In this document: positions 49,332 through 58,297 of the stretch, piece after piece | Numbering within the stretch: the first letter of the stretch is position 1 | Layout of the letters: the number at the start of each line of letters is the position of its first letter | Assembly (NCBI GenBank): GCA_013166775.1 | Contig: JABLTJ010000007.1 | Coordinates: 64,001-128,000, forward strand | Reading direction: 5' to 3' | DNA length: 64,000 bases | From: Promethearchaeati archaeon | GTDB taxonomy: Archaea > Asgardarchaeota > Heimdallarchaeia > Heimdallarchaeales > Heimdallarchaeaceae | Translations under genes and position numbers: made by a program | Notes under the pieces: generated by a model | The model's input: the letters and a program-made list of their open reading frames with translations, nothing else | The model's database searches: none | Told to the model about the DNA's origin: nothing

Positions 49332-50618
49332 ATGAACTCCCATTCAAGGACAGAATCTAAGAATGGAAAAAAAATCAATTTAAAAACCCTAGAATGGTTG
49401 AGTTTTGAAAAAGGAGAATTCATAATTATTTTAAGTATGTTTTTCTATCACTTAGGAGTAGCTAATTTTGCACCATATGCACCTCTTTGGTTATTTCAAA
49501 TATTCGAAGAACAATCATTTGTGGTTATTGGATTAGTAAGTATAATTCCAAATGCTATGGTAATTGTTGGTACTCTATTATGGGGATTTCTAGCTGATAG
49601 AACAAGTATAAAGTGGTTTGTTGTAGGTGGATTAGTGTTTATGGGATTAATGTATACTAGTTTAATTTTCTCAAAAAATTCCGCATTCTTTTTGATTATG
49701 ATTTTTGTTGGTTATTTTTTTGGTTCTGCACAATCTGCTAATTATTACGCTTTGGGTACTACTATAACGAGTAAACCTAAAGAAGTAATTCTAGGAAAAA
49801 TTTCAGCAATAACAAGTATTGCTTGGATAATAATGAGTCCAATTTCTGGAGCACTACATGATAATTATGAAGAAGATGCGATGGATATACAACTAATTAT
49901 AGCAGCAGTTGCTTGTCTCATTGCTATAATTTTAGCTATACTAGTTAAGGAAAAGCGAGCTCTAAAAGAAGAAACCAATCATAGAGAAGAAATAAATAAA
50001 ACTTTACCAATTACAACGTTTCCAAAATTGTTCATAATAACATTAATATTGGCATTTTTTATGCAAAGCACAATGGGGGGATTTTGGGCTTATAACACGA
50101 TATATTTTATTGAAACTCTTAAAGTTAAAGCAATACATTATTCTATTTTTTTGGTTGCAACTACAACTATTGCAATTCCGCTATCGTTTATTTTTGGAAA
50201 CATAACTTCCAGTAGAGCGATTAGCAAGACAGCAATTATCTATATTTTCATCCAAAATCTAGTATTTCTGTTTATGTCAATATTTCCTATGAATGCCATT
50301 TTGGCGATGATTCTCTACAGTATTCCAGTTTATCCATTCTATACAGTTTGCATGTATTCCTTAGTTGCAAATTTCACTTCAAAAGAAAGAAGAGCAACAG
50401 CTTATGGTATTTTTAGCTCTATAGGAATTCTTGGAGTAGTGCTAGGGATTCTTATCTTAGGAGTAGTTGCAGATTCTTCTTCACTTGGAATATTTATCAT
50501 GCTAAGATATTCTCTTGCTTACGCTTTTCTTACTTTAGTAATAACATTCATACTCTATTTTCTAATCAAAAGGAATTCTCATATTGATAAGGAAAACTTA
50601 AATGATAAAAAAAGATGA
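49332..50618 (+). CDS. MFS transporter
   Basis: About 12 TM, WGFLADR motif A, RRATAYG. Confidence 0.85.
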   Translation: MNSHSRTESKNGKKINLKTLEWLSFEKGEFIIILSMFFYHLGVANFAPYAPLWLFQIFEEQSFVVIGLVSIIPNAMVIVGTLLWGFLADRTSIKWFVVGGLVFMGLMYTSLIFSKNSAFFLIMIFVGYFFGSAQSANYYALGTTITSKPKEVILGKISAITSIAWIIMSPISGALHDNYEEDAMDIQLIIAAVACLIAIILAILVKEKRALKEETNHREEINKTLPITTFPKLFIITLILAFFMQSTMGGFWAYNTIYFIETLKVKAIHYSIFLVATTTIAIPLSFIFGNITSSRAISKTAIIYIFIQNLVFLFMSIFPMNAILAMILYSIPVYPFYTVCMYSLVANFTSKERRATAYGIFSSIGILGVVLGILILGVVADSSSLGIFIMLRYSLAYAFLTLVITFILYFLIKRNSHIDKENLNDKKR

Positions 50619-50641
50619 ATTACTTCGTAAAAACATTAAAA

Positions 50642-50681
50642 GTGACCAATTTGTGACCACCACCTTCAATATAAGTGACCA
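50642..50681 (+). promoter_or_regulatory. three phased GTGACCA direct repeats
   Basis: GTGACCA at 50642, 50653 and 50675 (spacing 11 and 22 bp), upstream of the AGGTGA RBS of a three-gene operon. Confidence 0.6.
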
Positions 50682-50706
50682 TTCGAGTATACTTAGGTGA
50701 AGCAAA

Positions 50707-51075
50707 TTGAATTTAAACGAATTGGGTGATAAATTGAACGAAAAAATCGAAAACGAGGTAAAAAAATCAAAAAAAGATAAATCTTCAGATGCAGCGGAAG
50801 TAAAAGAAATGCTTGGTGTAGTATCAACAGAAATTCCTGATTTAATCAAAAATATCTTTCAATCAATATATGATCCTTCAATAGCTGGAAATTATGCTAA
50901 AGGCATAGGCTCATTATATCAAGAATTAAAGGATCAAGGATTACCTGAGGATATGATCAGAGAAATAGTCTTGAACTTTTCTAAATCTTTTGATCTTTTA
51001 GGTAACGCGATGAAGACAATGCCTCAAGAAATTGAGAAGGAATTTGGTAAAAAGAAAAAATCAGAAGAAGATTAA
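50707..51075 (+). CDS. hypothetical helical protein
   Basis: AGGTGA RBS; IP.LI......Y........G......Y..LK..G.PE pattern. Confidence 0.7.
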   Translation: MNLNELGDKLNEKIENEVKKSKKDKSSDAAEVKEMLGVVSTEIPDLIKNIFQSIYDPSIAGNYAKGIGSLYQELKDQGLPEDMIREIVLNFSKSFDLLGNAMKTMPQEIEKEFGKKKKSEED

Positions 51076-51100
51076 TCTTCAGTAAAAATTAGGTGAAAAA

Positions 51101-51406
51101 ATGACCAAAACTCTGTGGGCAATATTCTGGATAACATTATATATTACCTACTTGGGAGGTATTTTTCCCTATTTTATTCTATATCTCTTGATACTGAGTC
51201 CAATCAGAAAATCAAGAAACAAAGAATTAGTTGGTAGATATCTCAAAGAATATGGAATACCAAGAGAGCTTCGAAGAGAATTAAAGAAATCATATTCCAA
51301 CACTCAAAGTTTGGGTAATATGCTGAAACTTGCGGACATACAAAGACCCTCAGAAAAGAAAGGGTTCTTAATCAAGCTAGGAATCAGCTCAGAAAAATCA
51401 TCGTAA
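51101..51406 (+). CDS. small membrane protein
   Basis: AGGTGA RBS; N-terminal TM; YLKEYGIP.EL echoes the preceding gene's motif. Confidence 0.65.
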   Translation: MTKTLWAIFWITLYITYLGGIFPYFILYLLILSPIRKSRNKELVGRYLKEYGIPRELRRELKKSYSNTQSLGNMLKLADIQRPSEKKGFLIKLGISSEKSS

Positions 51407-51448
51407 GACATTAAATCAAATCTAAATTACGAATTCAGTGATTTTCCT

Positions 51449-51913
51449 ATGTCAGAAGAAGAATCTTTAGAGAGTAGAATTAATGAGTTAGAGGAAAAAA
51501 TCAATTATGTTATTCTACAGATTAACAATCTCCAGCATAAAGTAACTGAGGATAATCCTGAACTTAAGCAAATGATGAGTCTTCTTCAAATTTTAACTTC
51601 TACTTTACAAGTTTCAAAAGCTCCTTTTTCAGTACTATCACAAACTCTTTCTTTGAAGGATAGAATTCTTGAAAGATTTCCTGATTTTAGATATGATGAT
51701 ATTTCTAAAGCTATAATTTCTTCACTTGAAAGAAAAGAAAGACTGAACATCTCACAATTAACTGACCAAGTGAGAAAGGAAAGAGGATCAGCGTCAAGAA
51801 GAATTGTTAGAGAAAGAGTTGATAAATTAATTGAGGAAGGGATAATCCAAGAAGTTGAGTCTGGATATGGAAGACAATTAGAATTAGTTCCAATAGATGA
51901 AGAAAAAAAATAG
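51449..51913 (+). CDS. coiled-coil + winged-helix transcriptional regulator
   Basis: NISQLT..VR..RGSASRRIVRERV..L...G. Confidence 0.75.
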   Translation: MSEEESLESRINELEEKINYVILQINNLQHKVTEDNPELKQMMSLLQILTSTLQVSKAPFSVLSQTLSLKDRILERFPDFRYDDISKAIISSLERKERLNISQLTDQVRKERGSASRRIVRERVDKLIEEGIIQEVESGYGRQLELVPIDEEKK

Positions 51914-51928
51914 AAAAATAGGAAATTA

Positions 51929-52921
51929 TTATTTCCTAAATTTATTAGAGGCTTTTAATGCTGCTACAAAAATAACGGGAGCGATTAATGCTGTAACCCA
52001 TGCAAACGGAACATTATCTTCTTCTCCAGAATCATAAGTTCCTAAAGAAGGGTCGTATATAAGATAGTCAAAATGTTCAAATGATAAATATATTCTTAGA
52101 ACATTTTCTCCAGTTGCGCAATAGGATGCATTTACACTGCTATATTCATATTGACTTTCTGTTTGGTTTTTGATTTGTGCTTTATCTGCATAGCCAAAGA
52201 AAGCAGTCTTTTCTTCGTTTTGGAATGTAAGTTCTTGTTTTAGCTCACCAGCTTTGTTTTCCAATTTCTTCTCGCTTCCAGAATTATCTACTGAAGTATC
52301 TATTTGCTGATCAAATTGGTTTCTTACTTGCATACCTTCACTAAGAATTATATCAAATCGAAGTGCTAGAAAATTAGTATCAGATTCCCAAGGCCATCCA
52401 CTAATATAGAGATCAAATTTGAGTTCAGTTCCTCCAACGAGTTCGTATCCATCTATAACTTGATCTTCTAAATAAAGATGCATAGCGATAGTAATATCTA
52501 ATTCATCATACACGAGACCTATTATTTCATCAGCTGTAAAGTTGAAATGAATAGCTGTAACTAATCCTTCTGTCTCTTCAACATTGAAACCGCTGAAAAT
52601 CCAACTAATACTAGTCAATGTTAAATATGGCATTCCAGTAAGAGTTTCACTTGCTTGAAAAACTCCATCTTCATTCTGATCCTCATATTCTGCAAGCTGC
52701 TTGAAGATTACAGTATAATTCAAACCTGAAACTAATTTGTAATGAAATCCAGGCAAATTGCCGAAAGTATTAACACTGATAGTAACATTTTCTGTTTCAA
52801 CAGTTGCAATTCCATTCTTCCATTCATATTCTATTCCTTGCTCAGGCGCTGCTTGAGATCCCATTGTTAGAAGCATCAATGCAATAAAGCCTAATCCAAT
52901 TAGTGTGAGTTTTTTATTCAT
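51929..52921 (-). CDS. secreted/surface protein with C-terminal TM anchor
   Basis: Signal peptide ending AQA-like SQA, EYEDQNEDG Ca-binding-like loop, YDPSLG, TM plus basic tail. Confidence 0.75.
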   Translation of the reverse strand: MNKKLTLIGLGFIALMLLTMGSQAAPEQGIEYEWKNGIATVETENVTISVNTFGNLPGFHYKLVSGLNYTVIFKQLAEYEDQNEDGVFQASETLTGMPYLTLTSISWIFSGFNVEETEGLVTAIHFNFTADEIIGLVYDELDITIAMHLYLEDQVIDGYELVGGTELKFDLYISGWPWESDTNFLALRFDIILSEGMQVRNQFDQQIDTSVDNSGSEKKLENKAGELKQELTFQNEEKTAFFGYADKAQIKNQTESQYEYSSVNASYCATGENVLRIYLSFEHFDYLIYDPSLGTYDSGEEDNVPFAWVTALIAPVIFVAALKASNKFRK

Positions 52922-52986
52922 TTTGTCACCAACAACTAACCCTCATAAATAATTTAATACGTGTTCATTTAACTATCTGAAGAAAT

Positions 52987-53006
52987 TACTTTAATTTTCT
53001 AAAGTA
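52987..53006. promoter_or_regulatory. inverted-repeat operator between divergent genes
   Basis: TACTTTA-N6-TAAAGTA. Confidence 0.45.
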
Positions 53007-53054
53007 TAGTTTTAAAGTTAAAATTATATAGGAGAGCTTTCTCTATCTTACTCA

Positions 53055-53873
53055 ATGGATTCTCAAATAGTGGAAGATGATAGTAGTATTCAAATGAAAA
53101 TTCTATCCAATTCTATCAGACAGAGAATCCTTAAATTAGTTGCTGAGCAAGGTTCTATTTCCTTTACAGCTATTAAGGAAGAATTAGAACTGACAGATGG
53201 TAGTTTGTTTTACCACCTTAAAAACCTAGATTCGTATATACAAAAGGATCAACAAAATTTCTATCAGCTTAATGAGAAAGGAAAAAAAATAGTCGAAGAT
53301 ATCATCCATAAAATATCTCTCCCTGATACAGAGGAAGAAAAGAAATCATGGTTTATAGATAAACTAGCTTTTCGAGAATTATACTATTATTTCTTTGGTG
53401 ATCCAGTTAGAAGTCTCATTGAATTGAATATATTTCTTATAGTTGTTGCTTGGTTATTTGGTGTATCTAACACACATTTCAGCTCTGTAGAATCAATTCT
53501 TGAAGGAGGCGCAATAATCAATGGATTATTATCCATTGCTCATTGGTATCTTTATTTAGCAGTCGTATTTCTTACTCTTAAAACACTAAAAAATGAATCG
53601 AATATCAAGGAATTATGGGTAGGAATCTTTGTTGGGATTATTCCTTATATTGTTTATCTAATTCCTATCGGGATAATTCATTATACCAATACAGCTATGG
53701 AAGGTTGGTTATTGATTCTGATGAATATTGTTTTTGCAATTGTAAAAATAATATCAGCAATATTTGTTTCTCAGGGTATTTATCTATCAACTAACTGCAA
53801 GCAATATCAAGCTGTGATAATAGCTAGCGCACTGATAATTATTGATTACATTTACCTTATGATTATGATGTAA
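53055..53873 (+). CDS. ArsR-type wHTH fused to a multi-TM domain (membrane-bound regulator)
   Basis: LSNSIRQRIL...SFT.I...L....GSLFYHL; about 5 TM C-terminally. Confidence 0.8.
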   Translation: MDSQIVEDDSSIQMKILSNSIRQRILKLVAEQGSISFTAIKEELELTDGSLFYHLKNLDSYIQKDQQNFYQLNEKGKKIVEDIIHKISLPDTEEEKKSWFIDKLAFRELYYYFFGDPVRSLIELNIFLIVVAWLFGVSNTHFSSVESILEGGAIINGLLSIAHWYLYLAVVFLTLKTLKNESNIKELWVGIFVGIIPYIVYLIPIGIIHYTNTAMEGWLLILMNIVFAIVKIISAIFVSQGIYLSTNCKQYQAVIIASALIIIDYIYLMIMM

Positions 53874-53947
53874 GAAAAATAACTTTAAAGAATTAAATAA
53901 GAAGAGTAAAAAAAGTGAATGAGAAAGATAAAGTGAAGGGATAGACA

Positions 53948-54604
53948 ATGAATGGCAGAAATAAAATTACACTAATACTTCTGATCATGATGTTATCAGG
54001 TGCTACAGTAGCAGTGATGATTACTGTAAAGGATTTTGGTTTAATTATTTCTGACATACAAGATTTTAGAGAATATCCTTTTGATTGGCAAGATTCAAGA
54101 TACGATGGTACTCTATTGTTATATGTAGATGGGGATATATCAGAAAATGCATCTTTGGAACAGGTAATCACCTTAGAAACATCTATGCCTTCTTATCAAG
54201 TCCTTCATATGTATCTTATAATTACAGCATTAAGGATGAAAAGCAAGAGTCAAGGTATTCTTATTGATTTGATTGATAATCCAAGAGTCATTGATCTAAA
54301 ATCAATAAATAATACAGTTGATTTATTTGCTAGTTTTCCTCTTCCAGAAGGTGAGTATTCCGCGGTTCACTTTTATTATGACAAAGAAATAATTACAGAA
54401 ACAAGTTTAGGGAATAAAACTTTCTCTGCTCAAGGAAGTAATTTCTTTACTGTGACATTTTATCAAAATAAGAATAACAATACAGAATCTGATTTGAGAA
54501 TTCGTAGAAATAAAGTATCAGGATTATTACTATCGTTTCAAATGCAAATAAGATGGCAACAGCAGATAATTTTCCCACACATTTTTGGATATTTATCTTT
54601 CTAA
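53948..54604 (+). CDS. membrane-anchored hypothetical protein (DUF4382-like)
   Basis: N-terminal TM; IDL......LFA...LPEGEY..V pattern. Confidence 0.55.
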   Translation: MNGRNKITLILLIMMLSGATVAVMITVKDFGLIISDIQDFREYPFDWQDSRYDGTLLLYVDGDISENASLEQVITLETSMPSYQVLHMYLIITALRMKSKSQGILIDLIDNPRVIDLKSINNTVDLFASFPLPEGEYSAVHFYYDKEIITETSLGNKTFSAQGSNFFTVTFYQNKNNNTESDLRIRRNKVSGLLLSFQMQIRWQQQIIFPHIFGYLSF

Positions 54605-54614
54605 TTTTTCTTAA

Positions 54615-55541
54615 TTATTTCCAACAATCTTTCATAACACGTATAAAATTCTCATACTTGATTTTGTTTAATTCAGTTTCATTATATCCAGTTTCTTCTA
54701 AATATTTTAGGAGTATTGGATAATGACTAATATCTTTTATAGCAGTTGGTATCGTAGCTCCATCATAATCTGAACCAAGACTTACATGATTTATTCCTAC
54801 TTTATCTACTATATGATCTATATGATTCTTAATTATTTCAAAAGTTATTTCATCTTTATTTAATTCAGAGGAAAGAAAACTTACACAGAAATTTATCCCT
54901 ATAGTACCATTAGATTCTCCTATTGCTTCTATTTGTTCATCTTTCAGATTTCGAATGTGATCACAAAGTGAGTAAGCATTACTATGCGATGCAATTATTG
55001 GTTTAGAAGTATTATCTACTACATCCCAAAAACTCTTTTCATTCAAATGACTCACATCTACTATTATCCCCAATTCTTCCATTTCTCCTAAGAGCTGTTT
55101 CCCTTCAATTGTTAAACCTCTCATCTCATCATTTCCTACTCCTGTTGCAAATTGATTTAGATTAGACCAACTTAATCCCATACTTCTTAGACCAAGTTTG
55201 TGATAATTTCTCAGGTTATGAAACTCTGATTCCAATCCTCCGGAACCTTCAAAATGGAGAATTGCCCCAACTTTGTTTTCTCTCTTACATTTTTCAAAAT
55301 CTTCGATTCTTTTAATTTGTAGTAGCTCATTTTCAGGATTATCAACAAGTTGAAACCAGTAATCAACACCTCTAGAAATTGAATAACTACTAACTTTAGG
55401 GAAAACAGCAAAAAAAGCTGCTAGCACATTTCCTTTTTTCATTCTAGGTAAATCTACATGTCCTACTTCTGATTCTCTTGAAAATGATCTTTGTTGCCTC
55501 TGAAGAGCAAATAGAACATCAATATGGCCATCAATAATCAT
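54615..55541 (-). CDS. membrane dipeptidase (M19)
   Basis: DGHID, HVDLPRM, EG, DVSH, ASHSN, RNL.D, GSDYDG. Confidence 0.92.
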   Translation of the reverse strand: MIIDGHIDVLFALQRQQRSFSRESEVGHVDLPRMKKGNVLAAFFAVFPKVSSYSISRGVDYWFQLVDNPENELLQIKRIEDFEKCKRENKVGAILHFEGSGGLESEFHNLRNYHKLGLRSMGLSWSNLNQFATGVGNDEMRGLTIEGKQLLGEMEELGIIVDVSHLNEKSFWDVVDNTSKPIIASHSNAYSLCDHIRNLKDEQIEAIGESNGTIGINFCVSFLSSELNKDEITFEIIKNHIDHIVDKVGINHVSLGSDYDGATIPTAIKDISHYPILLKYLEETGYNETELNKIKYENFIRVMKDCWK

Positions 55542-55592
55542 ACATGATGAAGCTATGTAAAAAATATAAGCTTTTGTAATTTACTTGAAGAT

Positions 55593-56423
55593 TTACAATT
55601 TATCTAATCTCTTTAAGACTATCAACATAGCTAGAGTAGTTGCTAAATCAAAATTTTCTCCATCTTCTGACGTCCATCTTCCATCTAGTAGTTGACGTGT
55701 TGATAGAATTTCAAGTATTTTATTTGCAAAATTATGATTTTCAAGATCTGCATGAATAAAACACTCTATCATCGATACTAATGATGAGGAAGGATAATTT
55801 CGAAGTTCTAATGTTTCAAGTATTTCAACTCCTCTTCTGGAAATAGAATCATCATACCCCTTTATATTAATAAAAACTGGTATTGCATTCCATAGAGATT
55901 GAGGATAACTCCTAAATCCTTTTTCGTCATCCCACTTCTTTGATAAGAAACTTATTCCTCTTTCTAATGCTTCTTCGATGTTTGGTATTTTTGTACTACA
56001 GAGAAAATTAATCACCACAGAAGTGCAATATATTTGTGTTGATTCAAAACCAGGTGCTTCCCAAACTGTGCAATCAAGTTTACCAATTTCAGACGGTTCC
56101 TCAAAGCAACCATCCAATTTTTGTAGAGAAATGAGATATTCTACTGCTCTACCTAATTCAATTGATACCAGAGACACTTGGTTGAGAAGTAAAATATCTT
56201 TAAAGAACAATATTGTTGAACTAATTGTACTAATTGAATCTTTTTCAAATCTATGAGGAATTCCTCCATCTTCGTTCTGAATAAGAAGAAAATCTTTAAT
56301 CTCTAATTTAGCATCTTCAAGTTCATTCAATAGTAGAAGGAGTTTATATTTGTCAACTTCTTTACTTTTTTCCACCACATAATTCATAGCTTTTTGAATA
56401 TCAAAGCTAATTTCGTTCATCAA
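55593..56423 (-). CDS. prenyltransferase/squalene-cyclase repeat protein
   Basis: QW-like repeats QNEDGG, QKLDGCF, QLLDGRW. Confidence 0.75.
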   Translation of the reverse strand: MMNEISFDIQKAMNYVVEKSKEVDKYKLLLLLNELEDAKLEIKDFLLIQNEDGGIPHRFEKDSISTISSTILFFKDILLLNQVSLVSIELGRAVEYLISLQKLDGCFEEPSEIGKLDCTVWEAPGFESTQIYCTSVVINFLCSTKIPNIEEALERGISFLSKKWDDEKGFRSYPQSLWNAIPVFINIKGYDDSISRRGVEILETLELRNYPSSSLVSMIECFIHADLENHNFANKILEILSTRQLLDGRWTSEDGENFDLATTLAMLIVLKRLDKL

Positions 56424-56487
56424 TAATAATAAGATAAAATATTACTTAAACCTTGTGAGAAAAAAGAAATAGAATTATGTAAATCCA

Positions 56488-57213
56488 TCATTTCTTTATC
56501 TTTAATTGTTTGATTATGACTTCTGCTGCTTCCATTCTTGCTTGTTTCTTATTTCTACCTTTCCCTCCACCTTTATATTCCACTGCATCTATTTTAACTA
56601 AGCACTCCATTATATAGACAGGTTCATGCTCTTTCCCTTTTTTTGAAAGGAGACTGTAAGTAGGAAGATCATATCCCCTCTTTTGACAAAACTCTTGCAA
56701 AAGATTGATTGGATTCCTTTCACATACAGCTAATTTCAATAGTTTATTTCTTTTTTTTGTGTCGGAGAGATCTTTACGGAATTTTTCCAAATCTCCAAGA
56801 AAAAGCTGATTAAAGAACTCTCTGGCTATATCAATTCCTGTAGAAAGGTAAACTGCTCCGAAAATTGCTTCTAGACAATCTTCGATATCAGTAGTTGTTA
56901 TTTTATATTTTGGTCGAACTATCAGTTTTTTGTGTAAATTGATTTCTTTTCCTATCTCAGCTAGACTTTCAGTTTGAACTAGAAGGGATCTTAGTTTAGA
57001 TAGAATCCCGACATCCTCCTTTAGATTTTTGTACAGCCATTCAGCAGTAAACATATCTAATACTGCATCTCCTAAGAATTCTAATCTCTCAAAATGATTC
57101 TGTTCAGGTCTTATGTTTGTCAAATTTGGATGTGTTAGTGCTTCGATTAAAAGATCATTTTCGATTTCCCATCCATTTACAGTGCTTCTCTCTAAATCAA
57201 TCATAGATCTCAC
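56488..57213 (-). CDS. rnc: ribonuclease III (nuclease domain + dsRBD)
   Basis: ALTH, ERLEFLGDAVL signature, EDCLEA, dsRBD NP...LQE..Q.....P.Y.....G..H.P...G.G.NKK.A...AA. Confidence 0.95.
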   Translation of the reverse strand: MRSMIDLERSTVNGWEIENDLLIEALTHPNLTNIRPEQNHFERLEFLGDAVLDMFTAEWLYKNLKEDVGILSKLRSLLVQTESLAEIGKEINLHKKLIVRPKYKITTTDIEDCLEAIFGAVYLSTGIDIAREFFNQLFLGDLEKFRKDLSDTKKRNKLLKLAVCERNPINLLQEFCQKRGYDLPTYSLLSKKGKEHEPVYIMECLVKIDAVEYKGGGKGRNKKQARMEAAEVIIKQLKIKK

Positions 57214-57256
57214 ATTTGGGATAGATTCAAATCAAAGCGAGAGTTTTTAAATTCAT

Positions 57257-57727
57257 TTGTTTGAGAAAAATAGAATGGAATTCTATAATCCAATACATGA
57301 TATGAAGGACTTAATCGGAAAGTGGGAAGGGAAACTAGAAAAAGATGAAAATAAATCAGCATCATCAATAATATTCAGCTATCATGGTTCAGATATTATT
57401 CAGTATGAACTGAAGATTAACCTTACAAATGAAGAAAAAATCCTTGAAACAGGCTTCTTCTTCTTTGATAAATTAAAAGAAGAACTAAAACATATCGTAT
57501 TTAATGAAGAAGGATATATTGAAGTGAATTCAATGACCTCTTCAAAGAAAGCAAAACTTCTCAAAATGACGAGTTCTTTCGATACTGGTTATAATCTTCC
57601 TCCCAATATGAAAATAAAGAGAGATTTTAAACTAAAAATAGTTGAAAGAGAGTTAGATATTTTTCTGAAAATGGGCAAAGAAGCAAATCTTATCTTAGAA
57701 GGAAGTTATAATAAAAAGGAAAAATGA
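57257..57727 (+). CDS. beta-barrel protein, nitrobindin/lipocalin-like
   Basis: P...LIGKWEG start motif, ETGFF, all-beta pattern. Confidence 0.5.
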   Translation: MFEKNRMEFYNPIHDMKDLIGKWEGKLEKDENKSASSIIFSYHGSDIIQYELKINLTNEEKILETGFFFFDKLKEELKHIVFNEEGYIEVNSMTSSKKAKLLKMTSSFDTGYNLPPNMKIKRDFKLKIVERELDIFLKMGKEANLILEGSYNKKEK

Positions 57728-57794
57728 ATATCAAGTTAAATCAGATTGAGAATAACATAAATATTATTAGTGTTAAAATTAAGATTAATGATGA

Positions 57795-58292
57795 TTGCAT
57801 TTGCCCAAGGATTTCAAAATCTATTATTGTGAAAAAATTACAGATGAAATCTCTGAACATGTAGAAAATGTACTAAGAGATTTATTTGGTCTGCAATTTC
57901 GTTCAGTAGGAGTTCATATTCCTAGGGTAAATGCTTGGGATGATCATTCAAATGCTTATGATGCTCGTAATCTGCTTGAGCAGATGGTAGCTGAAAGATT
58001 ATCATTTTTCTTGTGGTTAATCACTGTACCTATTTCTTTAGATCAAAAATCAATTTTTGGATATGCAGAACCGTTAAAAGGGACTATTGTTTCTACCTCA
58101 AAAATGGCTACTAGAACTCTAGTTGCTAAAGAAGCAGCATATTTTGTTGGAATAGTTTTGGGATTGAGTTCTTGTAGAAATGAATGTTTAATGCAATCTG
58201 CAGAGAACTTTGAGGTATTGATAAACAAACCATCAACACTTTGTTCTACATGCAATGCCAAATATAATCGATTAAAATTAAGATATATGTAG
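57795..58292 (+). CDS. archaemetzincin-like protein lacking the catalytic zinc motif
   Basis: YDA..LL, IFGYA, IVS, KEAAYFVGIVLGLSSC...CLM...LCSTC. Confidence 0.7.
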   Translation: MHLPKDFKIYYCEKITDEISEHVENVLRDLFGLQFRSVGVHIPRVNAWDDHSNAYDARNLLEQMVAERLSFFLWLITVPISLDQKSIFGYAEPLKGTIVSTSKMATRTLVAKEAAYFVGIVLGLSSCRNECLMQSAENFEVLINKPSTLCSTCNAKYNRLKLRYM

Positions 58293-58297
58293 ATAAT

